This document shows, one piece after another, positions 26,601 to 35,721 of a stretch of DNA of 38,991 bases (positions are counted from its first letter, which is position 1; each line of letters opens with the position of its first letter). The translations under genes were made by a program, and so were the position numbers. Location of the stretch: positions 1 through 38,991 of the forward strand of contig JACRBU010000051.1 of NCBI GenBank assembly GCA_016213085.1, in the 5' to 3' direction. This DNA comes from Coriobacteriales bacterium. Lineage in GTDB: Bacteria; Actinomycetota; Coriobacteriia; Anaerosomatales; JACRBU01. Below the pieces are notes generated by a model, which saw only the letters and a program-made list of their open reading frames with translations, was not told the DNA's origin and did no database searches.

Positions 26601-27341
26601 GTGGCAGTGGTTGCAGGATCGAGCATCCGTATTGGAACCAGCGGGTGGTCGTACGACCACTGGCGCGACGTCTTCTACCCGGAGCACCTCGCCACCGCCG
26701 AGCGCCTGCCCTTCTATGCCGAGCGTTTCAACACCGTCGAGGTGAACGCGACCTTCTACCGGCTGCCTACCGAGCACGCCGTGAGGCAATGGCGCGACGA
26801 GGTTCCGGAGGACTTCGCGTTCGCGGTGAAGGGTAGTCGGCTCATCACCCACTACCGGCGCCTCGCCGACCTCGGCGATTCGGTCGAGACCTTCATGAAG
26901 CGCGTCTCCCTGCTCGGGAAGAAGCTCCACGTCGTTCTTTGGCAGCTGCCGCCGAACCTGCACTGCGACCCGGAGCTCCTCGACGGCTTCCTTGCCGGAC
27001 TGCCGAACGACGTGCGTCACGCGGTCGAGTTCCGTCACGAGTCCTGGCTTGCCGAGGACGCGTTCGAGGTGCTCAGACGACACAATGCGGCACACGTCCA
27101 GGTGAGCAGTGACGACATGCCGCGGAACCTGACGGTGACCGCCGAATTCGTCTACCTGCGCTTTCACGGCACCCAGACGTATCACGGCGACTACTCCGCG
27201 CCCGCGCTCGAGCCGTGGGCCCAGTTTCTTCGGCAGCAGGCCGGTGAGGGTCGAGGCGGCTACGCGTACTTCAACAACGACGCCGAGGGGCACGCACCCG
27301 CGGATGCGGCGAGGCTCACGGCGATGCTCGGTGGGGGATGA
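26601..27341 (+). CDS. DUF72 (YecE-like) TIM-barrel protein
   Basis: Motifs IGTSGWSY.HW, VEVNATFY, QLPP, EFRHESW, YLRFHG and YFNND. Start may be 26601 or 26607. Confidence 0.93.
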   Translation: MAVVAGSSIRIGTSGWSYDHWRDVFYPEHLATAERLPFYAERFNTVEVNATFYRLPTEHAVRQWRDEVPEDFAFAVKGSRLITHYRRLADLGDSVETFMKRVSLLGKKLHVVLWQLPPNLHCDPELLDGFLAGLPNDVRHAVEFRHESWLAEDAFEVLRRHNAAHVQVSSDDMPRNLTVTAEFVYLRFHGTQTYHGDYSAPALEPWAQFLRQQAGEGRGGYAYFNNDAEGHAPADAARLTAMLGGG

Positions 27342-27390
27342 TGGCGCCCCACCCGGATGCATTGACGACCGATGCAGGACGGAGCGGACG

Positions 27391-28023
27391 ATGGAATCGA
27401 GCATCCATGTCGACGGGCGGACGCTCGCTGCGGACATCGAGCTTCCTGCGAGCGCGGCGGGGCTGGTGGTCTTCGCGCATGGCTCGGGCTCGAGCCGGCT
27501 CAGCCCGCGCAACCGCTGGGTCGCGGAGCGCCTGAGGGAGGACGGGTCGGTCGGTACGCTGCTCTTCGACCTCTTGACCGCCGAGGAGGACCGGGACTAC
27601 TCGACACGCTTCGACATCGGCCTGCTCGCGGAGCGGCTGCTCGCTGCCGTGGAGTGGGCGAAGGCGCACCCGGCCGTTGCCGACCTTCGGCTCGGCCTGT
27701 TTGGGGCGAGCACCGGGGCCGCGGCCGCGCTCGACGTGGCAGCGGTACTCGGGCGGGAGATCCGCGCGGTGGTGTCGCGGGGAGGAAGGCCGGACCTGGC
27801 GGGGGACGCACTGCCGAGAGTGACATCGCCGACGCTTCTGATCGTCGGCGGGCTCGATACTCAGGTGATCGAGCTCAACCGGATGGCGTTCGCGCAACTC
27901 GCTAGCCCAGAGAAGCGCATCGAGATCGTTCCGGGCGCGACGCACCTGTTCGAGGAGCCCGGCACGCTCGAGGAGGTCGGAGGCCTTGCGGCGGACTGGT
28001 TCCGCGAGCATCTCTCCGTCTGA
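27391..28023 (+). CDS. Dienelactone hydrolase family alpha/beta hydrolase
   Basis: Motifs FAHGSGSSR.SPRN, GASTG, SRGGRPDLA and GATHLFEEPG. Confidence 0.9.
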   Translation: MESSIHVDGRTLAADIELPASAAGLVVFAHGSGSSRLSPRNRWVAERLREDGSVGTLLFDLLTAEEDRDYSTRFDIGLLAERLLAAVEWAKAHPAVADLRLGLFGASTGAAAALDVAAVLGREIRAVVSRGGRPDLAGDALPRVTSPTLLIVGGLDTQVIELNRMAFAQLASPEKRIEIVPGATHLFEEPGTLEEVGGLAADWFREHLSV

Positions 28024-28055
28024 TCACGGGCTCGTCGCTCGTCGTGCACAACGCA

Positions 28056-28085
28056 CGTGAGGGCGACCTTCCGGCCGCCCTCACG
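28056..28085. terminator. Hairpin between convergent genes, probable terminator
   Basis: 10-bp perfect stem CGTGAGGGCG / CGCCCTCACG. Confidence 0.6.
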
Positions 28086-28105
28086 AATCGGATACTGCGT
28101 CGAAC

Positions 28106-28705
28106 CTACGCGGGAACTCCGCGCCCCGGGCCAACCGGCATGGCGTGCTCCGCGCTGCGGACCCTGAACGACACGATGATCTCCGCGATACCGCCGGCGA
28201 TGGCGAAGATCCCGTAGACGAACGGGACCGCCAGCGCGGCCACGTAGAAGTTCACCGCGATCAGGATGCCGATGAGCAGCGAGAACGCGCCGAGTACGCC
28301 GATTCCCCAGCCGCCGCCCTGGAACGCGGCGGCGAGCTGCATGATCCCGACGACGATGCCGCCGATCGCCCAGATGAGCGCAGTCGCACCGAGGAAGGCG
28401 AGGGTCGGTTCAGCTGCCGCGAGGCCCGTGGTGGTGAACGGCGTAATGACGATCCATCCGCCGACGACCAGGCTCAGCAAGCCGGAGAACAGCTTCCATC
28501 CGAGGTGTGACCGGTCGGTGAACAGGCTCACGAGAGTGACGATGGCGGTCATGAGCCAGTACAGGCCGATGAACCAGACGATCGCAACGGTCGTGGCCAC
28601 GGGGGCAATGAAGACGAAGACCCCGAGAAGTATCGAGGCGATTCCTGCGAGGAGCACAAGCCACCAGGCGTGTGTTTCCCCATTCGACACACGTGCTTGA
28701 TCCAT
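28106..28705 (-). CDS. HdeD/DUF308 family membrane protein
   Basis: WWLVLLAGIASILLG...P start, six Gly-rich TM helices, RBS AAGGGAG. Confidence 0.88.
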   Translation of the reverse strand: MDQARVSNGETHAWWLVLLAGIASILLGVFVFIAPVATTVAIVWFIGLYWLMTAIVTLVSLFTDRSHLGWKLFSGLLSLVVGGWIVITPFTTTGLAAAEPTLAFLGATALIWAIGGIVVGIMQLAAAFQGGGWGIGVLGAFSLLIGILIAVNFYVAALAVPFVYGIFAIAGGIAEIIVSFRVRSAEHAMPVGPGRGVPA

Positions 28706-28907
28706 GACGTTCTCCCTTCAAACGCCCGAATGCTCTCGAACCGGGCTGGGCTTGTGCCCATAGGGCTAGATACCCTCATCCGGCCGTGTTGGGCCCCTGC
28801 CTTCTCCGCGTCAGCGAGCCTTGGAAATCGCTGTCAGGGCGAGTGCACCTGAGAACCCCTACTGCGGGGCGCGGCGAGGGAACGTAGCAGTGTGGAGGCG
28901 CATCACG

Positions 28908-31082
28908 ATGCCCGAATACGTCATCGCACTGGCGGCGGCCCATGGGTTGCCGACGGACGAGATCGGCGGAAAGGCCGCCGGACTCGCCGCACTGAGCGCG
29001 GCGGGATTCCCCGTGCCCGACGGGGTCGTCATCACCACTCGCGCGTTTCGCGAAGTGGTGCAAGCGGCTGGCGTCGCAGAGTCTCCCGAGGCGTTCGACG
29101 ACGAGTCGCTCCGTGCGTACTGCGAGCGCGCGGCACTCTCGATGCGATCGATGGAATTCCCGTTCGCGGTCCAGGACGCGATCGCTGTAGCCGCACGCCG
29201 CCTGCTCGCCGCGGGGGGCCCGCTTGCAGTTCGCAGCTCGGGAACGCTCGAGGACTCCGCGACCGCGAGTTTTGCCGGCGTTCTCGAGACCTACACGGGG
29301 ATGCGTTCGGAGTCTGAAGTGCTCGGTGCGGTCCGAAGGTGCTGGGGCTCGGCGTTCCAGCCGCGAGCCGCCCGCTACCTCCACGAGAAGGGGCGCGCTC
29401 AAAGCGAGCTCTCGGTCGCCGTGGTTCTTCAGCGCCAGGTCCTCGCCGAGCGTTCCGGTCTCATCTTCAGCCGCGACCCCGTGAATCGCTACTCCACCGG
29501 AATCGTCGTGGAGGCGATCTCGGGCGTGGGCGAGGACCTCGTGTCAGGCGAGATCACACCCGAGCGCTACCGATACTCGATGGACACCTCGAGCGTCACG
29601 GTCACCCGGCTCGTTGGCGAGAAGGCCCCGACGGCGCTCCACGAGCCGCAGGACGTCGAGTTCGGCCTTCCCGAGAAGCGGCGCCTGACCGACGCCGAAG
29701 TCGCGCTGCTGGCCGACCTCGGGCATCGAGCGGAGATGCTGTTCGGTAGCCCCCAGGACATCGAGTGGGCGTTCGCCGAAGGCCAGTTCTGGGTGCTTCA
29801 GTCGCGTCCGCTCGTGTTCGCGCGGAGCGACGAGCACCTCTTCCCGCAGATCGCCGAGCACACCGTGCTCGCGCACGGGGTCGGCGTGAGCCCCGCGATG
29901 GGCTCAGGGCGGGTCATGGTGCTGGACGCCGATGATTCGGTTCCGGAGCCCGCTGCGGACCTGGTCGTCGTACTGCCGCGACTCACGAATGACCTGGCCG
30001 TCCGGCTGAGAGATGCCGCAGGCGTGGTCGCCGACGAAGGCGGAGCTACCAGCCACGGCGCGAACATCCTGCGCGAATTCGAGGTACCGGCCGTCATCGG
30101 CGCCGCGCACGCCACCGAGGAGCTCGCCGACGGGGCGGTCGTCACCGTGGACGGCTTCCGGGGGGTCGTCTACGAGGGCGACCTGGCCCTGGCGCCCACG
30201 CAGCTTTCCCGCGTGCCGACGACCCGGACGCAGGTCTTCGTGTCGGTGCTGGTCCCCGACCGCTCTGCGGTCGTCGCTCCGCTCGCTGACGGGGTCAGCT
30301 CGCTTAGGGACGACTACTTCCTGCTTGCCACCGGCGTGCACCCCACGAGGCTCATCCGCGACGGGCACGGCGAAGAGCTGCTCGAGTCGATCGCACGAGG
30401 CATCGTCCGGTGCGAGGAGCTCTTCGCTGGAAAGCCGATCTGGTACAAGACGATGGACGCCCCCACCGACGAGTTCCGCCGACTCGCCGGAGGGCACGCC
30501 GAACCTGTCGAGCGAAACCCCCTTCTGGGGTGGCGCGGCATCGGTCGCGAGCTCGCCGAGCCCGAGATGCTCGACATCGAATTCGGTGCGATCGCCCGCG
30601 CCTACGGGTTCGGCTGCAAGGACGTCGGGGTGAAGCTCCCGTTCGTGCGCTTCCCCGAGGAGTACTCGAGGGCGGAGCGCGCCCTCGCTCAGCACGGCCT
30701 CACGCCCCACGATGACGTCCGCCTCGGGGTCTCCGTCGAGATTCCGGCGGTCGCCATGCGTCTTCGCGAGATCCTCGAGCTGGGGGCCGATTTCGTGAGC
30801 ATCGGACTGTCGGACCTCACCATGTGCACCCTCGCGCTCGATAGGGAAAGCCGCCACGTTGCGGAGATGTTCGATCCGGCCCACCCCGCGGTCCTCGAAC
30901 TTCTCGGTCGCATCGCCGAGGACTGCAGGGAATTCGGCGCGTTCACGTGCGTGTGCGGGGAGAGCGCGCGCGACGAGCGGGTCCTGCCCGTACTCGTCGA
31001 CATGGGTTTCGACGCCGTCGGCGTCTCGCCGTCGTATTTCGCCGAGGTCAAGAGCCGGATCGCTTCCATCGAGAGCCGATGA
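28908..31082 (+). CDS. PEP synthase (PpsA)-like dikinase with ATP-grasp, phospho-His swivel and PEP/pyruvate barrel; divergent
   Basis: Motifs IGGKA, AVRSS...ED...SFAG, QDIEW, LQSRP, GGATSHGA (phospho-His), ERNPLLGWRG, SIGLSDL and CGE. RBS GGAGG. Confidence 0.85.
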   Translation: MPEYVIALAAAHGLPTDEIGGKAAGLAALSAAGFPVPDGVVITTRAFREVVQAAGVAESPEAFDDESLRAYCERAALSMRSMEFPFAVQDAIAVAARRLLAAGGPLAVRSSGTLEDSATASFAGVLETYTGMRSESEVLGAVRRCWGSAFQPRAARYLHEKGRAQSELSVAVVLQRQVLAERSGLIFSRDPVNRYSTGIVVEAISGVGEDLVSGEITPERYRYSMDTSSVTVTRLVGEKAPTALHEPQDVEFGLPEKRRLTDAEVALLADLGHRAEMLFGSPQDIEWAFAEGQFWVLQSRPLVFARSDEHLFPQIAEHTVLAHGVGVSPAMGSGRVMVLDADDSVPEPAADLVVVLPRLTNDLAVRLRDAAGVVADEGGATSHGANILREFEVPAVIGAAHATEELADGAVVTVDGFRGVVYEGDLALAPTQLSRVPTTRTQVFVSVLVPDRSAVVAPLADGVSSLRDDYFLLATGVHPTRLIRDGHGEELLESIARGIVRCEELFAGKPIWYKTMDAPTDEFRRLAGGHAEPVERNPLLGWRGIGRELAEPEMLDIEFGAIARAYGFGCKDVGVKLPFVRFPEEYSRAERALAQHGLTPHDDVRLGVSVEIPAVAMRLREILELGADFVSIGLSDLTMCTLALDRESRHVAEMFDPAHPAVLELLGRIAEDCREFGAFTCVCGESARDERVLPVLVDMGFDAVGVSPSYFAEVKSRIASIESR

Positions 31083-31753
31083 GCGCGGCGCAGCGCCAGG
31101 TCCGCGCTGCTCGGGCGATGTTCGCCACGGCGGTCGCGTTCTGGGTGGTGTTCGTCGGCGGGATCGTCGCGGGTGTGGCCATCACACAGGAGAGCGCATG
31201 GTGGCGACCGTCGATCAGCCACTTCGGCTCCGCGCACGCCAAGAGCGCCCTCGTCTTCAATGCAGTCCAGGTGCTGGACGGCCTGATCCTCGTGCTGCTC
31301 GCGTGGTTCGCTTACGTCGCGCTCGAGGCGCTCGTCGGAGCGGAGATGCTGGGTACCGTGGGGCGCGTCGGGATACCCGCGATACTTGTGGTGCAGGGTC
31401 TGCTGCTGATCTCGCTCGCCGTGCTGCCGTACGACCTCGGCGGGCGAGCCGTCTACGTGTATCACAACGTCGCCGGGTGGCTCGAGGCGCTCGTTCCGGC
31501 TGGCTGCGTGGTGCTCGCGCCTTGGTTGCTGCCCTGGTTGCCTCGTTGGTTCAAGGTCCTGTCGGTGCTCGTCGCGGCGGTGCTCTTCTGCGCCTGGTTC
31601 CTGTTCGTGATCGCCCGCGTCCTCGCGCACGGCCTGTCCGAAGTCGTCGCGTTCACCGCCCTTGCGGTGTGGATGCTGGCGCTGTTCTGGATCCTCAGCG
31701 CAGAGGTGCTCGAATCGATCGAGCGGGCCGCCACGCGACGCGCGGCATCCTGA
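31079..31753 (+). CDS. DUF998-like membrane protein
   Basis: About six TM helices, ISHFGS and YHNVA motifs, ATGA overlap with the upstream gene. Confidence 0.65.
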   Translation: MSAAQRQVRAARAMFATAVAFWVVFVGGIVAGVAITQESAWWRPSISHFGSAHAKSALVFNAVQVLDGLILVLLAWFAYVALEALVGAEMLGTVGRVGIPAILVVQGLLLISLAVLPYDLGGRAVYVYHNVAGWLEALVPAGCVVLAPWLLPWLPRWFKVLSVLVAAVLFCAWFLFVIARVLAHGLSEVVAFTALAVWMLALFWILSAEVLESIERAATRRAAS

Positions 31754-31853
31754 TTCCGCGTGGGTAGGCACTACTCATGTCCCGAAAGCGGCCTCGGTTG
31801 CCACGCGGCGTGGCGCCAGGTCGGTACGATCGCTGGAAGGCGGGTTGATCAAC

Positions 31854-32246
31854 GTGGCAGGTCTTTCGAATGCACATGCAGAGGCGGTCCTCAAGGTCGA
31901 CGACATGGAGCGCGCGAAGCACTTCTACGCCGACGTCCTCGGCTTCGAGATCAAGGAGAACGCGGGTCCGACGGCCGAAGTCCTCGTGAAGTCCGCCGAT
32001 GGGACCGAGTTCGCGCTCTACGAGCGCCCCGGCATGCCCGCTCCGCAGAACACCACGCTCGCGTTCGTGGTCGACGACTTCGACGGCGCAGCTTCCGAGC
32101 TGCGCAGCAAGGGCGTGACCTTCGAGGAGTACGACATCCCCGAGATCGGCCTGAAGACCGTCGACGGCGTCGCCGAGATGGAGGGCTCGAAGGCGTCCTG
32201 GTTCAAGGACACCGAGGGCAACATCATCGTCATGTCGAGCATGTAG
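31854..32246 (+). CDS. VOC/glyoxalase family protein
   Basis: Motifs VDDMERAKHFYADVLG, LRSKGVTFEEYD and WFKDTEGNI. Confidence 0.9.
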   Translation: MAGLSNAHAEAVLKVDDMERAKHFYADVLGFEIKENAGPTAEVLVKSADGTEFALYERPGMPAPQNTTLAFVVDDFDGAASELRSKGVTFEEYDIPEIGLKTVDGVAEMEGSKASWFKDTEGNIIVMSSM

Positions 32247-33416
32247 CTAGCCCTTGACGACACCGATCGGCCGAAGCTTGACCTTGGGCTCGACGAGATC
32301 GCGCTGCCAGCGCATCACGTCCTCGATGTCCTTGTAGGCTTCGGGAGCTTCTTCAGCGACGTCGCGCTTCTTCACCTTGAAGAGGCGCACGTCGCGCTCT
32401 TTGAGCTCGGTGATGACGTGCTCCACGCTGAGCCGGCGCTTCGCCTCGCCGCGCCCCATGACGCGCCCCGCCCCGTGGCTGCAGGACTCGAACGACTCCG
32501 GACTCGCGAGGCCGATGCCGACGTAGGACGCGGTGCCCATCGAACCGGGCACGGCGACCAGCCCGCGCGCCCGGACGGCTCCCTTCCGGTGGATGACGAC
32601 ATCGGCTCCGTAGTGGTGCTCGATGGACGCGTAGTTGTGGTGCACGTCGAACGCCTCGGTCGGCTCGATGCCGGGGAAGTGCCGGGTGATCGCGCGCTGG
32701 ATCTCTTCGGCCATGAACCGGCGGTTCTCGCGAGCGAATCGCAGACAGAAGTCCATGACCTCGAGGTATTCGGCGCCTTTCTCGCTGTCGATCGCAAGGT
32801 GCGCGAGCCCCCATTCGATCGGCACGTCGGAGCCGGTTCGGACGTTCTCCTCTTTGGCGACGGCGTTGTAGTGCGACCCCATCTGCTTTCCGAGATTGCG
32901 TGAGCCCGAGTGCACCATCGCCCAGACGATATCGTCGGTATCGACCTGGAGCTCGATGAAGTGGTTGCCGCTGCCCAGCGTGCCGACCTGGCGCTCGGCC
33001 CGCTCGATCTCCTGGACGAGCGCCGGGACGTCGGGAACCTCGCCGAAGAGGTCGGTGCGGCCCGCCTGGCTCGCGCGATGCCATTCGTGGCCCTGCGGCA
33101 CCGAGCGTTGGATGTCATTGAGGATCCGGTCGCGAACGTCCAGCATCTCCTTGAGCGGGACGTTCGTGCACCAGGTCCGGACCCCGCATCCGATGTCGAG
33201 GCCGACCGCGTGCGGGATCACGTGCCCGATGGCCGCCAGCACTCCGCCGATCGGCATGCCGTAGCCGACGTGCGCGTCGGCCATCATCGCGACGTGGTGA
33301 TGCGCGAAGGGCAGGTTGGCGAGGTGGCGTGTCTGCGCCATAGCCTGCTCGTCGGGCGGCTCACCCCAGACGTAGATCGGGATGGACTCCGTGTCGATGG
33401 TGGTGTACATGGTCAC
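32247..33416 (-). CDS. rtcB: RtcB family RNA ligase
   Basis: Motifs DAHVGYGMPIG, DIGCG, GSGNHFIE, HSGSR, HNY, HRKGA, PGSMG, HGAGR and EEAP.AYK. Confidence 0.95.
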   Translation of the reverse strand: MTMYTTIDTESIPIYVWGEPPDEQAMAQTRHLANLPFAHHHVAMMADAHVGYGMPIGGVLAAIGHVIPHAVGLDIGCGVRTWCTNVPLKEMLDVRDRILNDIQRSVPQGHEWHRASQAGRTDLFGEVPDVPALVQEIERAERQVGTLGSGNHFIELQVDTDDIVWAMVHSGSRNLGKQMGSHYNAVAKEENVRTGSDVPIEWGLAHLAIDSEKGAEYLEVMDFCLRFARENRRFMAEEIQRAITRHFPGIEPTEAFDVHHNYASIEHHYGADVVIHRKGAVRARGLVAVPGSMGTASYVGIGLASPESFESCSHGAGRVMGRGEAKRRLSVEHVITELKERDVRLFKVKKRDVAEEAPEAYKDIEDVMRWQRDLVEPKVKLRPIGVVKG

Positions 33417-33452
33417 AAGCCCACTGTACCCGCGGCTCGTGAGTGACGAGGG

Positions 33453-33971
33453 CTAGTCGCGCTTCTCCGCTTCCAGCAGCGCGCGCTTGCGATCGAGTCC
33501 CCAGCCGAATCCGCCGAGCCCGCCGTCGCTCCTCACGACGCGGTGACAGGGCACGACGATGGAGGCCGGATTGCGCCCGCAGGCGTTGCCGACCGCCCGC
33601 ACCGCGTTCGGCCGACCGGCGCGCGCGGCGACCTCGGCGTAGGTCGCCGTCTCACCCCGCGGGATGCGACGCAGCTCCTCCCACACGCGGACCTGGAACT
33701 CGGTCCCAACAAGATCGAGCGGCACGTCCGCCGAGTCCGCCTCGCCGTCGATGACGGCGACGATCTGTGCGAGAGCTCCGGACACCGCGGCGTCATCACG
33801 GAGGGTATCTGCCGAAGAGAACTCGGCGTGCAGAAGGTCCTCGGCATCCTTCCCGTCGAGGAAGAGCACGCAGCAGACGCCCTTGCCGGTCTGCCCGACC
33901 AGTACCGGGCCGAGACGCGAGTCGCCGATCGAGTAGCGGATGAGCAGCGGTTGTTCGGTGCGCCTGACCAT
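33453..33971 (-). CDS. ogt: Methylated-DNA--protein-cysteine methyltransferase
   Basis: Motifs GTEFQVRVW, RAVGNA and PCHRV. CATAAT lies 6 nt upstream of ATG 33971, suggesting a leaderless transcript. Confidence 0.93.
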   Translation of the reverse strand: MVRRTEQPLLIRYSIGDSRLGPVLVGQTGKGVCCVLFLDGKDAEDLLHAEFSSADTLRDDAAVSGALAQIVAVIDGEADSADVPLDLVGTEFQVRVWEELRRIPRGETATYAEVAARAGRPNAVRAVGNACGRNPASIVVPCHRVVRSDGGLGGFGWGLDRKRALLEAEKRD

Positions 33972-34077
33972 GACCGGATTATGGCGGGCGCCCGCCTCGC
34001 GCGCCAGCGCCGCAGGACGCTTCGGCTTGCCGGTGTTAAGGTGTGCACCAGCCGCACCTCCTGAAAGGACACCGAAA

Positions 34078-34779
34078 GTGACCCGAAGTCGAGCGAGTTT
34101 CGCGCGGGGCGTTCGCGACATGATGCCGCTCGTGCCCGCCGGGGTCTCATTCGGGCTGGTCGTGGGTGCGGCCGTCACGCAGGTGGGCCTGGGACTCGCC
34201 GAGTCGGTGGGGATGTCGACGCTCGTGTATGGCGCGTCGGCACAGCTCGCGGCGACGGGGCTCTGGCGCGAGGGCGCGCCGCTTGTCGTCGTGGTGCTCA
34301 CCGCGCTCGTCATCAACAGCCGCTTCTTCATCTACAGCGCGTCGCTCGCTCCGGTCCTGAAGCCCGCGTCGTGGTACTCGGCGCTCGGGCTCGCGTACTT
34401 CGTGCGCGATGGCGCCTACGCCGCGACGGTCACGAAGGCGGTGCCCGATGCAGAGGTCGACGACGTCGCGTACTACCTGGGTGCGTCGACGTTCGACTGG
34501 GCGGTCTGGCTCGTCTCGACCACCGCGGGAGCCCTCGGCGCGGCGCTCATCCCGACGTCGTGGTCGCTCGACTTCGTCGTGCCGCTCGTCTTCGTCGCAC
34601 TGCTCGCCGGCGCCCTCGACTCCCGGCTCGCGGTCGAATCAGCGGTCGTCTCGGCAGTTTCGGCGTTCATCCTGATCCCGCTGCTTCCGATGCAGTCGGG
34701 ACTGCTCGTCGCGATCGTCGGCGGCATGGCGTGGGGAGCGGTGCGCGAGATGGCCCGGGGCCCGGAGGCGACTTCGTGA
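34078..34779 (+). CDS. azlC: AzlC family branched-chain amino-acid exporter permease
   Basis: Motifs MSTLVYGASAQL, INSRFFIYSASL and LDFVVPLVF. RBS GAAAGGA. Confidence 0.9.
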   Translation: MTRSRASFARGVRDMMPLVPAGVSFGLVVGAAVTQVGLGLAESVGMSTLVYGASAQLAATGLWREGAPLVVVVLTALVINSRFFIYSASLAPVLKPASWYSALGLAYFVRDGAYAATVTKAVPDAEVDDVAYYLGASTFDWAVWLVSTTAGALGAALIPTSWSLDFVVPLVFVALLAGALDSRLAVESAVVSAVSAFILIPLLPMQSGLLVAIVGGMAWGAVREMARGPEATS

Positions 34780-35099
34780 CGCAGAGCTCGTTCTGGCTGG
34801 TCATCGCGCTGGCCGGGGTCGGAACGCTGCTCATGCGGGCGCTTCCGATGCTCGCCCACGGGCGGATCGCGCCTCGGCCGGCCCTCCAGCGCGTGCTTGC
34901 CTATGTGCCGGCGGCCTCGCTGGCAGCGCTCGTCGTGCCGGGGTCGCTCCTCGCTGCGGGCGGCGGCTACGAGATGCAGCCTGCCCGGGTGATCGCGATC
35001 TTCGTGGCGACTCTCGTCGCCGTGCGCTTCAAGAACGTCCTGCTGACGTTGGTCGTCGGCATGTCCGTGCTGTGGGTGGCCCAGGCGCTTCTGCCGTAG
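34776..35099 (+). CDS. azlD: AzlD domain protein
   Basis: GTGA overlap with azlC. Motifs T..MRALP, YVPAA.LAALV and LLTLVVGM. Confidence 0.88.
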   Translation: MTQSSFWLVIALAGVGTLLMRALPMLAHGRIAPRPALQRVLAYVPAASLAALVVPGSLLAAGGGYEMQPARVIAIFVATLVAVRFKNVLLTLVVGMSVLWVAQALLP

Positions 35100-35104
35100 G
35101 GGCG

Positions 35105-35605
35105 CTACTTCAGGTCGTCAGCGAAGCGCTTCGCGGGGTCTTCGTACAGGTGCCTGCCTCGCCGAAGCACTCCGAGCGACTTCGCGAGTCGAGCCGCCCT
35201 CGTTGACTCCCGCTTCACCTCGTCGAGATAGAAGATGAACTCCTTCTGGTGCGAGGGCGGGATCCTGTCCCAGGTTCGCCTGGCGCCGGCGTCGCCTTCG
35301 AGCGCTCGCGCGAGGTCGTCCGGGACGTCCAGGTCGAGGATCGGCTCGCTCAGGACTTCGAACTCGAGCCGGACCTCGCGCTCGGAGTCGATCCCGTGCG
35401 CCTCTCGCATCTGACGGTTCAGCGTGATCTCGTGCATGCCGTCTCTGGAGGGGTTTGCCGTGGCCTTGAACGGCTTGCCGTCGAGCGTTCCCCGAATCCA
35501 GACGCGCTTGCCCGTTCCGCCGAGCAGCTCGTTCGGGATAAAGAGGAAGTACCAGCCCTTTCGGGGGCTGGTGACGTGTGCATTGTAGGAGATCGATCGC
35601 GCCAT
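35105..35605 (-). CDS. DUF1905 plus YdeI/OmpD-associated domain protein
   Basis: Motifs RVWIRGTLDG, VPDDLARAL, PSHQKEFI and KRESTRAARL. Confidence 0.85.
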   Translation of the reverse strand: MARSISYNAHVTSPRKGWYFLFIPNELLGGTGKRVWIRGTLDGKPFKATANPSRDGMHEITLNRQMREAHGIDSEREVRLEFEVLSEPILDLDVPDDLARALEGDAGARRTWDRIPPSHQKEFIFYLDEVKRESTRAARLAKSLGVLRRGRHLYEDPAKRFADDLK

Positions 35606-35670
35606 CGCGCGCCCCTTCCGGTGCCTGGTGTTTCGGTACCCATGGGGGCGGTCAGGATGTCGGTGCCGGA

Positions 35671-35679
35671 TGGTACGCT
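35671..35679 (+). promoter_or_regulatory. Putative extended -10 promoter (TGnTACGCT) for the large secreted protein gene
   Basis: TGGTACGCT about 43 nt upstream of GTG 35722. Confidence 0.45.
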
Positions 35680-35721
35680 GCCGGTGCTGGACCGGACCGC
35701 AACGGGAATGTCGGCGAGGGG

